A stretch of DNA of 64,000 nt from Podarcis erhardii (Eukaryota): the NCBI GenBank assembly GCA_964252035.1, contig OZ176211.1; one strand, written 5' to 3'. How positions within the stretch are numbered: the stretch's first letter is position 1; each line of letters begins with the position of its first letter. The position numbers and the translations under genes were made by a program. Under the pieces are notes generated by a model. That model was not told the origin of the DNA. It saw only the letters and a list, made by a program, of their open reading frames with translations, and made no database searches. Of the stretch, positions 1 through 12,696 are shown in pieces.

Positions 1-558
1 ACCACTACACCAGACTAACCCATGGTTTCATCTGGAACACCATAACTTCGATCCATGCATTGATCAGTTCCAAATTGATATTGGCCATTCACTTATTCCA
101 ACCAATCCTGCTTGAGAATCCAGGGGTTCTTGCTCCAAAATGACTATCCTAGACTCACCCTCTCACCCTGATGAAAAAGCAGATTGGAATGTAGAAGGAA
201 GAGGGTTGAAAGAGCACCAAAGAGTTGCTACCTTGTTTTGGGAGTGGGAGCAGGAGGCCAGAGGGACAGGGTGGCAAAGAAAAAGAAAGGGGACGGCAGA
301 AATATGGGAAATGGAGAGAGAGGAGGGGGGAGTAAAGAGGGAAAGGGTGACAGAAAGCATGAGAGAGAGAGAAAAGGGATGGAAGAAAGAGCAAGAGAAA
401 TGAGAGGAGCAGCAAGGGGAGAGAGAAAATGGGGTGGCAGAAATAAGGAGAGCAGAGAAGGGGGTAGCAGAGAATGAGTGTGGGAGAGAGCAATGGTTCC
501 ACCTGCATTGGATCCAGCCCCCAATTGACTTTCCCTGTGAGTCAACAGCCCTGCATAG

Positions 559-717
559 NNNNNNNNNNNNNNNNNNNNNNNNNNNNNNNNNNNNNNNNNN
601 NNNNNNNNNNNNNNNNNNNNNNNNNNNNNNNNNNNNNNNNNNNNNNNNNNNNNNNNNNNNNNNNNNNNNNNNNNNNNNNNNNNNNNNNNNNNNNNNNNNN
701 NNNNNNNNNNNNNNNNN
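559..717. other. Assembly gap (N run)
   Basis: Run of N. Confidence 1.
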
Positions 718-862
718 CACCATGGTTTAGGAAATCCTGTGCATACTTATCTATGAGCAATTCAGAGGACATCACTTCCAAGTTAACCTGCACAGGATCA
801 GGCAGTAATAAAGTGTTATTAATAAATAATAAATATCACTTTGCTTAATAATGATAATGATA

Positions 863-919
<57 letters not shown>
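863..919. repeat. (ATT)n microsatellite
   Basis: Direct reading. Confidence 0.95.
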
Positions 920-3047
920 TTGATGTGCCTCTTCCAGGTCATTCACACATGTAAATGTACCCACATGCCTATGGAGGGGTAATAGCCAGTCATCTTTGGC
1001 TGATATCATCTGCTTCAAGACGCCTTCTTTAGGTGACCTCCAATACTACTGTGCGTGACAAAAATTATGTATGCAGCTTTGGACAAAACTGCTAGTGGGG
1101 TGTCAGTATTAATAGACATGGATAACTAGTAAAAGCCACATGGGAAGGGGAAAAGCCAAATGAAAGATGTATGTCCATTTTAATTTATCATCATGCGTTA
1201 ACTTGCTTATATGCAATCTGGGACCAAGATCATTTGTTTTAACCTAAGGACAGAAGTAAGAGGTTAACAAATGTGAATTTTTATACATTTGGAGGGGAAA
1301 GGCACTTCTTTTCTTTCTTTCTTTTAAAACTGTTTTAAAATTTGTGTATAGTTTCCTTGTCAAACGATATGAGGTTCTGTCTTGTGGTGTTACTCAGCCG
1401 TGATCTTACAATGTGTTCTCTGCCTCCTGGCAGACATATGATACTTTGTCCCGTAATAGACCAAAGTATCTCACAACCAGCTGAGCTCAGGGTCATTCCC
1501 AGGTCAGACTGGTTAAAGATGGCTGTCAACTCATTGCCAGAGTCACAAATGCACTTTAAATCACCTTTATCTCACTTAAAACATTGATGCTTTCCAGCGA
1601 TGACTATAGCCATAATCATAACATCAAGATGCAATTTAGGAGAACGTTTTGTGGAACTACTGAAAACCTATCCCCATGTATATTTATGCAAGGTCCAGCA
1701 TAGTTAATGTTAGGGTAAAAACATGATATTATAAGTCTCTATATCATTAATAAAACAGCTAAAGTATTTGCAATATGCCCCCACCACCACCACCAAAAAA
1801 CCCATTATGGTTTCCAGCTACATTACAAATGGTAGAGATGATCTTAAGAGAGAACAATGAGTGAAATCCATCTTTTTAAAAGTAGAACACTAATTATTAT
1901 TCTGACAAACGTATGCAATGGAAAGAGTAATGACAACAAAAGACATTATAATCACGGGTCCATGTCACCTGGTGTTTTTATTGTGATAGATAGCCTCTTT
2001 AGATCCTTGTGCCTATCGAACTTCTCCATGTTTTTCACCAGTCTCAGTGGTATACCAGAAAGACAAGCCTTAATTATAAATTTGCACATGCTTTATTAGT
2101 GTGAAGACATTTCTCTGGCCTGTCATTCCTGTTAGCTACATTTATGTTGACATGTACCAATCACACACACACACACACATATATATTATAGCCCAGAGTC
2201 TTTAGAACAATCACATTACAAATATATAAGAAGCTTGCAAACAAAGAATTGGCTGGTTAGTTCAAATGGACATGTGAAATTCAGGCTCCCCATCTGCCCC
2301 TGCACTGCTCAGCACATACACAAAACATACCGCCCACCTTGCTATTTTATTATAAGAAGCTGTTTTCGTTCCATTATTATTAGAAGAAGCCCTATGTAAC
2401 TGGCAGAATTTCTTTGTCATACTTCAGTCTTTCCCAAGCTGGTGCACTCCTTGTATTGGAAAAATCTGTACCCACTGCCTTGCAATACATCTTTGGGAGT
2501 AAACCCTACAGAAATCCAGAATGGAGTCCCTAAGATGGTTGGATGGTGCCTCGTATGCCTCCTTCTGGCAACTCCTGTAGCCAAGCTAGTGCCAGCTCTG
2601 CTTTCCTTTGGACCACATCAGCGAGGCCGAGAGGGGTCTTCCCAACTGGGCAGCCCAGGACCTCCATACACACTGCCCTGGCTTTCGCCCTGGGGAGGTC
2701 ACTTCAGTGCTGCTAACATGTAACATGACAAGTGAGGCAGCAGTTACAACTTACTAGTCTCTGCAGCCATAGCAGTTTGACTTCACCCCCAGAGGTGTAC
2801 TCCGTTGTCTCTCAAGACAGATGGATGCCAACAACAGTTCCCATCACCTATGACCATTGGCCAAGCTTGGTGGCACTTAATAAGATTTCAACCATGTCTG
2901 GCAGGCACCCAGTTGGAGGTGGGCCTCTCTAGACTGTAAACTAGCAGCCGTGTGCCCCCTTAGCTACCTTATCTATAGCACTCCCAAACATCACTTACCT
3001 TGCCCATTTTCTTCTTATCAATAGTGCACAATCCTGGTCTTGGGTTT

Positions 3048-3090
3048 GTTGGTTGGTTGGTTGGTTGGTTGGTTGGTTGGTTGGTTGGTT
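3048..3090. repeat. (TTGG)n microsatellite
   Basis: Direct reading. Confidence 0.95.
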
Positions 3091-3097
3091 TTTTAAG

Positions 3098-3316
3098 TCA
3101 GAGTGACATAGTGGTTAGAATGCCAGACTAGGACCAATGAGACCTGGGTTCAAGTGCCCACTCAGCCCATGAAGCTGACGGGGTGACCTTGGGCCAGCCA
3201 CTCTTTTGTGGCCTAGCCCTAGCTCATGGGTTTATTGTGAAGATAAAGGGGAAAGAAACCCATATAAAGCCACCCTCCATTCTTTAAAGGACGATTGGGA
3301 TAAGCATGTAATTAAC
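3098..3316 (+). mobile_element. Decayed tRNA-derived SINE (Squam3/MIR-like, L2-type tail)
   Basis: A-box-like gtgacatagtggttag, B-box gggttcaagtgccc, body gtgaccttgggccagccactc, tail gggtttattgtgaagataaa; family name from recalled consensus. Confidence 0.7.
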
Positions 3317-4029
3317 AATGCCCTTATTTCACTTCTAGTTTTGCTTCATTCCTAATTTCTCTGGGGCTTCTCATTTTCTACATTTCCATCACCCCTGGGT
3401 CCTCTCTTTAGGCCAGTGCCTAATGCAGTCATCAGCAATGCCTCCCCCTGACTTCCCTACTTATCTCTTAATTAGGTTGTGTTTTATACTCAGAAGTTCA
3501 ACTAATGGTGTTCCACCCCAAGGGCACTCAGTTCCAGCCCTCCTGCTTCTCACTTCTTTTCAGAGACTTACCCTCATGATGGTGGACAGCAGCAGGGATG
3601 ACTGGTGTGGAGAGCTTGTAGCAGACATCTCACCTTGAAGGCATGAGTACTCATGTGAGACTTCCATTGCTGCCAAGGAGGCAGGGAATAGTGGTGACTG
3701 GCTCGGTCCATTATACTGAGAGACACAGGGAACTCAGCTTCTAAGATTCTCTGAGAGCAATGGATGCCCACATAAATCTTTTAATTTCTGTTGGTGCCAT
3801 AGGCCACCCCATGCTGCTGGACCCCTTTCTCTATAAGTTTTGAGAGAAATAAAATAAATAAAACATGGGGGGAGTTCAGAAAAGAGGAAGGTTCACAGCC
3901 ATTAGCTCATAAAATAAAGTACAGTGAATTAGATGTTGCAAAGAAACAAAAACAAACCTGATCTGATACAGAAAAAATAGAAAACAAATGTTATGAATAT
4001 CAAATAAAGCTATATTTCATTGGAACTTG

Positions 4030-4286
4030 CCAGCAACTTGGAAGGCTTTAAAAGAGGATAAGACAGATTCATGGAAGAGAGGTCTATCGATAGCTACTAT
4101 CTTCCACAATTGGAGGCAGCAAGGCTTCTGAATACCAGTTGCTGGAAAACACAGGAGAAGAAAGTGCTGTTGTGCTCAAATCCTGCTTGTAGGTTTCCCA
4201 CAGGCATCTGGTTGGCCATGGTGACAACAGGATGCTGAACTAGATTGGCCATTGGCCTGATCCAGCAGGCTCTTGTTATGTTCTTA
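4030..4286 (+). mobile_element. 5'-truncated CR1 LINE, 3' end
   Basis: Typical squamate CR1 3' sequence (ggctttaaaagagga..agacagattcatgga; ggcatctggttggcc; gatgctgaactagat..ggcctgatccagcaggctct) ending in ttatgttctta. Confidence 0.75.
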
Positions 4287-4382
4287 GAATATGAACAATC
4301 ATAAAACCTTGAAACTTTCCATTCATCATCCATCCAAATCTACCTCTGTCTATTTTTATTTATCTATCACTAATAGATGGAT

Positions 4383-4732
4383 GTAAGGGACGCGGGTAGC
4401 ACTGTGGCTTAAACCACAGAGCCTAGGGCTTGCCGATCAGAAGGTCGGCGGTTCGAATCCCCGCGATGGAGTGAGCTCCCATTGCTCGGTCCCTGCTCCT
4501 GCCAACCTAGCAGTTCGACAGCATGAAGTGCAAGTAGATAAATAGGTACCACTCCAGTGGGAAGGTAAACGGTGTTTCCGTGCACTGCTCTGGTTCGCCG
4601 GAAGCAGCTTAGTTATGCTGGCTACATGACCTGGAAGCTGTACGCTGGCTCCCTCGGCCAATAAAGCGAGATGAGCTCCGCAACCCCAGAGTCGTCCGCG
4701 ACTGGACCTAATGGTCAGGGGTCCCTTACCTT
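4383..4732 (+). mobile_element. Full-length Sauria SINE, copy 1
   Basis: tRNA-like head gggacgcgggtagcactgtgg..ggttcgaatcccc, (ACCTTT) tail, 12-bp TSD taatagatggat at 4371-4382 and 4733-4744. Confidence 0.9.
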
Positions 4733-6028
4733 TAATAGATGGATATCCCATAACCTCCATAACATATTTCTGAACTGCTTCTGGCCTTGCAGCCCAAATT
4801 GCATTGTGACTTTAGGCTGAAAGAGCAGAAGCCATTTGGAAATACAGTGGGGAGCCAAAAACCCCAGAGTGTCGCCCAGTATCAGCATTCCCTACCAGTG
4901 GATATGTTAATGTTTACAGAATGCCTCACCATGCGTCCTAAGGCACATGTTATGCTACTGCACAGGTTCTCTGCTTGGATATTAGCGTAGATAATTGCTG
5001 CTATGTCCCCAAAGCATTGTTTATAGTCAAACGATCTGGGGGGGGGGGGGACAAAGGGTCACACGGAGTTTTACCAATCTTCATACAGGCCAATGAATTC
5101 CCTTCAGGGAGCCTCTCTAGCTAGTCTGACATGAGAAACACAGCAGCTTGTTGGCTGAGAAAGTTATCTCTTCTCAATTTCATGAAGTCTAAACAACAAA
5201 CTCAGTTTTGCATCTCAAACAAGGGATGCTTTTGAAGAAAACCACCAAGTATTCAGAAACACATCAAAGAATCAAATGCAATCGCATTCAGTTTCCAGGT
5301 TCTGATAGTGAAATAAGCAATTTAAGGAGCAAAAGAGGGGGAGGGCTGAGAGTTCCTTCAGTTTTACCCCACAGGCTTCTGAGTCCATCTCTCAGATCCC
5401 TCTGCAGAAGCCTGTCAGCTCTCATTCCAACCCCAGCGTTTCTATATCTGTGTCTTGACCTCTGCCAGCACAAGCGTGTCTCTAGGGTTTGTGCCCCAAA
5501 CAGAAATCAAACCCTGTAATCTGTTTACATGCCTAGGAAGTGTTTCTTTCTCAAACTGAAATCCCCAAAGATTCAGAACCTCGAGTCTCCTTGGAGACGT
5601 ATCAAGGTGTCATGCCCTGCGCCGGGGTGGGTGGGGGTGAGGTAAAAAACAGTAGACCCATGTCCAGATCCATTAATTGCTTATTAGCTGGCTTTCCCCG
5701 AGGTACACATATATTTACACGAAATAGACTTCCGAGTCACAGCTGGTTGCAGCTGGTTACAAAGCGAAGCTGGTATATGTCGACTTTCTAGACAACAGCT
5801 CCTAATCCCTTGTTAGAGTTCGCTGAAGGCCGAGATGTCACTAAGTGCAATTCCAAGCTTTTGAAGTCATTCTGCCATTGGCTATAGAGGGCTGCGTCAT
5901 GAACCTTTTTAGTATTAAGAAGAACCTGGTTGTGGTGTTGTGCAATAGCTCCACATATTCTTGAAAGAGATTAGACACCATTTGGCTTTTTCCACAGCTG
6001 TGATCCTGAGAACGCTTCCTTAAAAATA

Positions 6029-6270
6029 CAGTGGTACCTCGGGTTAAGAACTTAATTTGTTCTGAAGGTCCATTCTTAACCTGAAACTGTTCTTAACCCG
6101 AGGTACCACTTTAGCTAATGGGGCCTCCCGCTGCCGCTGCGCTGCTGCCATGCAATTTCTGTTCTCATCCTGAAGCAAATTTCTTAGCCAAAGGTACTAT
6201 TTCTGGGTTAGCGGAGTCTGTAACCTGAAGCGTCTGCAACCCGAAGCGTCTGTAACCCGAGGTACCACTG
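6029..6270. mobile_element. Tc1/mariner (Tigger/pogo-like) MITE, 242 bp
   Basis: Perfect 18-bp TIRs CAGTGGTACCTCGGGTTA, TA dinucleotide on both flanks (6027-28, 6271-72), no ORF. Confidence 0.9.
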
Positions 6271-7156
6271 TACATTCAAGCATATTTTGGACCGAGAAGT
6301 CCATATTTTGGGCCAAGAAATGTGCACCAAGAAATGACAGCACTGCAGCATGAAGTTTGTTACTTGGGCATTCCAACTGAAATACTAAAATTACTCACCA
6401 GCCCCTCTGGCCTGGGACCTGGAATTCATGGGTCTAAGAAGCCGTGCCGCTAACCCTGCCTAGCTCCATCCTTCTCCTTTGCCCATAGTTGTGCCTTGCA
6501 ACTCCTACCATCTCTGCACACTCCTCACTCATCGTGTGACCTGGGTGCCCAAAGGGCTGGTGCTGTTCTCTTGACCCTCTCTTATCTCGCACCCTGCCTA
6601 TTACTTGGATGGCCTGTTTTTGCAAGACCATATCCTTCCTTTCTTTACCTAATGAATGTTTGCTAGGGTTGCATTCAGAAGGGAAAGTGCTGCCCCTTGG
6701 CTGCTGCACAAACTACAATTCTCCTGCCTAAGGCCAAACCTGAGTCACCATCAGTATGTGCTGTTTGCTAACCTTTGTGACATGATTCAGCTTGTACAAC
6801 AAAGAATATTTTTATAGCCTTATCGAGCATGCACCCTTCTTTAAATTTGACAGACCTGTTCACAGCCTTAAATGTATGAAATGGATTAACATTAAATACA
6901 TGGGGATTTCTGCACTCATGTTCTTAAGACTATGCAGTAAAAAAAAAAAATCCTCAGTGAATTTATAAGTACCTATTTTTGGACATTCCCCTGTCTCATA
7001 TTTAGTATTTTTAATTTATTAGATTAGATTTAGTATTGCATATTCTATATGTATTACCTATACAGAGCACTGAATGTGTATATATTAAGGCTGTGTTTTA
7101 TTTCATTCATAGGAAGTTCTGCCTATGGCAATTATTTATATCTAAGAATATTCTTT

Positions 7157-7511
7157 TTTTTGCGGAACGTGGGTGGTACTGTGGTCTAAACCACAGAGCC
7201 TAGGGCTTGCCAATCAGAAGATTGGTGGTTCAAATCCCTGTGACGGGGTGATCTCCCGTTGTTCGGTCCCAGCTCCTGCTAACCTAGCAGTTCAAAAACA
7301 TGTCAAGTGCAAGTAGATAAATAGGTACTGCTCCGGCAGGAAGGTAAACGGCGTTTCCATGCGCTGCTCTGGTTTTCCAGAAGTGGCTTAGTCATGCTGG
7401 CCACATGACCCGGAAGCTGTACGCCGGCTCCCTTGGCCAATAAAGCGAGATGAGCGCACAACCCCAGAGGAGTCCACAACAGGACCTAATGGTCAGGGGT
7501 ACCTTTACCTT
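7157..7511 (+). mobile_element. Full-length Sauria SINE, copy 2
   Basis: Colinear with copy 1; 14-bp TSD taagaatattcttt at 7143-7156 and 7512-7525. Confidence 0.9.
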
Positions 7512-8496
7512 TAAGAATATTCTTTACACCTGAAAATCTTTGTTCAGTTATACCAGGTGTGTGCACTAGAATTCTATCTAGATGCAGATTTTGCTATCGC
7601 CTCCAGCAATACAGGTCAAGACTAGACATCAGGACAACCCTCTGTTTTAAAGCATTTGGTCCATTCATATAACCATGTAGCAATGTAATTCAGTTGTGAA
7701 TATCTCTCCCTTTCAATTTAACTGTCTCCTTCCTGAACCCACAACTTAAGTAACCAGCAGTGGAGGGCAATGAGGGCATCAGGCTTATCAAGTTGAGCTC
7801 CTTTTCTGTTTTATTTTATAGGTTTGACCTTTCTATCAGGAAATATTACAGATGAACTTGCTGCAGCTCTCCACCTGGCTAGCAAGCAGCTAAAGAAGAA
7901 CCTAGTCTCCTGTGTTTTCTCTGCTCTTAAGTTCATGTCACCATCGCTAGAAGACGGCCAAAGATGTGGGAAGATGAACAGTGTGAGGAGAGATGCATCT
8001 TCCTTTGGTCTCAGCTTGATGGGAAATGATGAAAAACATCTGGGGCTATGAAAATGTCCAGTCCAAGTCTCTGTTTACTGAACTCTTTGCAGATGCCAGC
8101 ATCTGTCACCAAGGAACCTCTGAAGGGGTTACCCTATCGCAAAATCCTGATGGCACGTCCAATACCTTTTCCCTAGAGTACATACACTGTTGTCTGAGGC
8201 AGTGGTGAAAGAAACAAAGGAAAGCAGATCCAGTTTGGGCAATCAGCTTATTAGCAGAATAAAGAAATCAGAGCATGAGTAATCAAGCAAGATGCTTCAT
8301 TCATCTACCAAGATTTTAAAGAAGAAGAAAAAAGTATTTTCTGCAAGCATAGGGACGATATTGGATTTGTGCATCAAGCATATAGTATGCATTCCTGCCT
8401 ACCGTTTCAAACAGCAATAACTTGTTTAATTCTCATACGAGTTCATTGCTTTAAGTTCTGTGCAGATTGACTCTTCAATATAGGCTAAATCATTAT

Positions 8497-8560
8497 TCTG
8501 TGAACCGCCCTGAGATCCTATGATGAAGGGTGGTATATAAATCAAATCAATCAATCAATA
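8497..8560 (+). mobile_element. L2-type LINE/SINE 3' terminus
   Basis: tgtgaaccgccctgagatc..atgaagggtggtatataaat followed by (TCAA)n tail. Confidence 0.65.
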
Positions 8561-8897
8561 CAATGATCCCCGGTGCGTCATGAAGTGTAGTGGCTATTTC
8601 AGATTCTGTTGTAATGCCTAAAAGAGTGTAGGTGCTGTCTGTGCCTTTTGACGAGGGAAATCTACTACTTCTCTCTGCTCAGGAGAACAGAAACACACAG
8701 GAACCCTTTGCTCCGTTCCAAAGTAATCCAGGACAAGGACACATCCATAATTTAAAACCTGGCACTAAGTACAAAACATGCATAAGTGAATGCACCACCC
8801 ACCAGTAGATCCAGCAGCAAGATGGCTGTGTTTTAAAAAAACCCAACTCATTTAAATTTCCTTACCTTCCCCATTCTTGTCCATGCAAGAAATTCAA

Positions 8898-9035
8898 ACC
8901 TTTGGGTCAATCACTCACTCTCAGCCTAAATTATCTTGCAGGGTTATTGTGAAGATAGAATGTGGAGAAGGATAACTATGTATGCCACCTTGAGCTCTTT
9001 AGAGAAAAGGTGGGATATAGATGCAATAAATAAAT
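8898..9035 (+). mobile_element. 3' half of Squam3-like SINE
   Basis: Similar to 3098-3316 body and tail (ctctcagccta..cagggttattgtgaagata..gccaccttgagctc..aataaataaat). Confidence 0.6.
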
Positions 9036-9074
9036 GCGTAGACCTTGTCTATGCTTTCCACCTTGTCTGTGGAA

Positions 9075-9230
9075 ATCACAGAATTGCAAAGTTCGAAGGG
9101 ACTCCAAGGGTCACCACACAATGCAAGAATTGCAGCTCAAGAATCCCCAACAGATAACCACCAACATCTGTTTAAAAACCTCCAGTGAAGGGGAATCCAC
9201 CAGCTTCCAGTTCAAATGTTTGGCCAGTGC
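9075..9230 (-). mobile_element. Decayed CR1 3' fragment, antisense
   Basis: acagaattgcaaagttcgaagggactccaagggtca matches the reverse complement of CR1 3' ends and the 21503 copy. Confidence 0.55.
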
Positions 9231-9292
9231 AGCCTGTATTCTCAATTTATTTTTAAGAGCTGTAGGTTTGAGTTCTTGCATTTCCTAGACAG

Positions 9293-9380
9293 AAGCTAAA
9301 GTCCTATACTTGCTTACCTAGGAGTAAGTTTCACTGAACACAATGGGACCTACTTCTGAGTAGGCATGTATAGGAACATA
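9293..9380. mobile_element. Short palindromic non-autonomous element (squamate MITE-like family)
   Basis: gtcctata..cttacctaggagtaag..cactgaacacaatgggac.tacttctgagta..catgtatagga; imperfect inverted arms. Confidence 0.6.
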
Positions 9381-12300
9381 TAAAAAAAATTTTAAAAAAT
9401 TCATTGAGGTTTTGCAAAGAAAGGGATTTAAGCTGAGGTTCTTTGGTCTAACAGGTTTGCAAAAGACAACCTTCTCTTTGCCCTCTACTGAAACAGAAGA
9501 GAATGGATACCTGTTGAGATGACCTTTTCAATTTATTTCTTCTCCACCATTTGAAAAACCAGTAATAACCAGCATGGTCAAGTTGCTATAAACCTGTACT
9601 TGAATCTGGGCACTTGGGTAGGTACATTATGTGGCCTTAAGTTGCCTCCCTCACTTCTGCACCTGTAAAATGGGAATAAAATACCAATTTGGCTTAACAA
9701 GGTTGTTGACATATCCAACACTTTGAATTATGAGTACCCCTGGGAAGAATTCTAAATCATCGTGTGTGTGTGTGTGTGTGTGTGTGTGTATTTGGGTGAG
9801 TGGGATATAGCAAAATGATATGCAAATAAGACAGGCAGTAAAACTGAAGCACAGATAGAAAAATCAAATAGGAATTTGCTCTTGATTTATGGATTAAAAA
9901 ATGGATCAGTCGAGGCAGTTTTATTGGAGACTGCTACATTTTGGGCCGTTTTCTCCACGGTTCTTTTTTTTTTAAATTAAAAAAAATCCTTTGCAGAATC
10001 AAAGCAGCTATTCTGTCTGCAGCGCTGTTGGTGTGGCATCTCTCGTCAAAGTCTGCCTGACAGTCCCGCTCTCCTGAATCATTAGGCGCAGGCCACACAT
10101 TTCGGCTTGTGATCTCCCTAAGAGTACATTTGCGTTCGACTTCAAGAGGATGTGGAATGGATATTTAACCAAAGACGCAACTGTATTAAATCCAAGACGG
10201 GTTTTCTACAGGGTTGGTACCGGTGCACAGGTGGCTGGGGACCCGTGCGTTCTAGGGCACCTTGTGAATATGACGCACGCGTCAGTTGCACAGGGTTATA
10301 CACTCGTTGGGGATCTGTGATTGACAGAGAATGTTCTGCGCACCCATTTCAACGAGTGCGTTTCCCATACCCCCTCGAGCAGCCTTTTTATTGGCTTATG
10401 AAGCCTGAACTGCTCGTATTAAACATAAGGAACCACAAGCAGCTACAGCACCTGAGTGGAACTGTGTAAAAAACTGCTTTTCTTAACTGAGAAACATAAG
10501 AAGAAAGCGACTTGGGGAGGGGAACCTATCGGAGTTCACGTGGTGTCTTTTTTTAAACTATTTTACCTTCCCGTGATATTTTGTTTATTCGGCGCGCTTT
10601 AATTTTTTAATTTTCATGTACCGCAATGGTGACTCAATGCAAACACATCCTTTCCGCGTGTTAACTACTAAACCCGAAAACTGCCAAACTTTGAACTTCG
10701 AATATATTTTTCTTTCTCTCGTTTGCGCACAAGTTCCAAATATTAAATTGCGCGCGTCTCGCATCCATAACGACGCCTTTGTCTGCAAATGGTCTGCAAA
10801 ACGAGTTTACATTTTTGTTGCGATCCTATATAAAGAAAGGGGCTGCAAAATTTCATTTGTAGCCTTGGAGGATTAATACCGAAGTAAGCCACTTGCAATT
10901 ATTGCCTGTAATTCGACCCACTGGTGGAGAAGCTCTTTAAAGGAGGTCTCTACCTATGTCGGTGGTGGTTATGTGTGCTTGCACCCATCTCTGTCAAGAC
11001 GGGCCTTTTTGACGTTACTTTCTTGTCTTCCTTTCTTGCAGTTTTGCTTCAAGAAACGGAGTTGCGCCTGTTTAAAATTAGAGTCTCTGCAGATTGCTAA
11101 AGCGATCCCGTGGTTAATGGATGGCGCAGAAGTTTAGCAGAAGACTCTCCCCATTCTGATCTCTCAGAGGGTTCCCCGGCCCAAGTACCGCAAATCCGCC
11201 TGCTTTTAAACCCACCAGTGACAAACGCGCATTGTTGAGTCCGATCAGTTGGCCTGTTATGGGGGCGCCATTCGGATTCAAACCGATTTCGTTCCATTTA
11301 ATTGTCTGACGCAAAAATCGGGCTGGCTGCAGCGCGGCGTGGATCTGGAAATGCCCAGTTGTTCGCATTTGGAGTTCCCGCAAGATAGTGATATAGATTA
11401 TATCCACTAGCTTTCCCAGGTTTCTCACCCCGGGGGTTGCTTACCCTCCCTCTCCCCCGCCCCGCCCCGCCCTGCACTTTTCTGTGTTTTATATTGATTT
11501 AATCTCTTCTGGAGGCTTTCCAGGGGAATCGTGTTCGGACCTGGTTCTCTGGAATTGCCAAAGCCTTCGAGAGCAAATGTGCCTTTCTGATTCTCCCTTG
11601 AAAGATTGTGCGAGAGGATTTCCATCCCCATCCTAATCACACCCCCGCGGAATCAAAGAGAAGCAAAAGGAAGCATCCGAGAAAGAGCAGAGAAACGGGG
11701 AAGAGACAAATGCAAGTCTCTTCCCCTCCCCTCTCCTGCCCTGGATTCCCTCGAACTCGAGTGGGCAAACCGGGTGACTGGGATGAGCTTCAAAAGCCAG
11801 GCGCGGGCCCCGCTGGGTTGAAACACCTTCCTCCTGCAGACATCTCAGCCTCGATCGGGTTTGGCCGAGGTTGTCCCTCTGAATTCCTGAGCTTGAGACA
11901 AAGAGCAAGGGGCACCCAGGAGAGTTTATGATGCACAAGCCATTTAAAAAAGAAAGGAATTTCAACTGTGAAAGACAGCCGAGGAACATGCCTAGAGGCC
12001 ACAGGAATGGTGGAGGGGAAGATAGGGAGTCTTGGGTTTTTTTACGATTGACCCCACCAACACATCTCTGTGCTGCATATTAAAAAAAAAAAAATTTAGT
12101 ATGCCCAATTATTTTATTTTTAACCCATCTTCTGCCTTTCCTCACAGGTAAGTTTTTATCAACATCCACCTCTCTTCTCTTCTTTTTAAATGTGGTTACT
12201 AAAAAAAGAAAAACATATGACCCCTAAAACGCCCCCCTGAAACTAAACTCAGCATAATATATTCGGTTACCAGCGAGAATCTGAAAGCAGGGGGTCCTGA

Positions 12301-12683
12301 AAACGCTTGCTTTGGATTAGTTCCGCAGATCTAATATGTGCGGTATGCCAGAAAGAGGGATATCAGGATCAGCGCTTTGGAAATGCGGCTGAATTTTCTT
12401 CCCCCAGGAACAGTGCTTAGAGGCGCACGCTTAAGAATCAGTCCCTCTGTATGCCTCTGCCTAGCGAAACGGCGCAGCATCTTTCAACGTTATCCCTGCG
12501 CTAGGACAAAACAATTAAAGATGCTCAGCATCTCAAAGGAAAAATGGGAAGCCGCCGAGTTTATGGGTGATAGTTCCTGCTAGCCAATATGCTAATGAAA
12601 ATTAGATTCTGCCTCGAACGTGATCTGCCCCTAGAAAAAGGCTAATAAATTCCCATTCCGGATGCATTTATGCAGAGATTAGG

Positions 12684-12696
12684 TGAACTTTGACCT
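12684..12696 (-). promoter_or_regulatory. Nuclear-receptor DR1 site (AGGTCA-A-AGTTCA)
   Basis: Plus strand tgaactttgacct; consensus match only. Confidence 0.4.

Noticed and set aside
140-848. Several overlapping ORFs of 83-186 aa
   Set aside because: Arise from purine-rich low-complexity sequence and an N gap; no domain similarity
4387-4470. tRNA-like sequence with A and B boxes (also at 3100 and 7165)
   Set aside because: SINE heads followed by SINE bodies and TSDs, not tRNA genes
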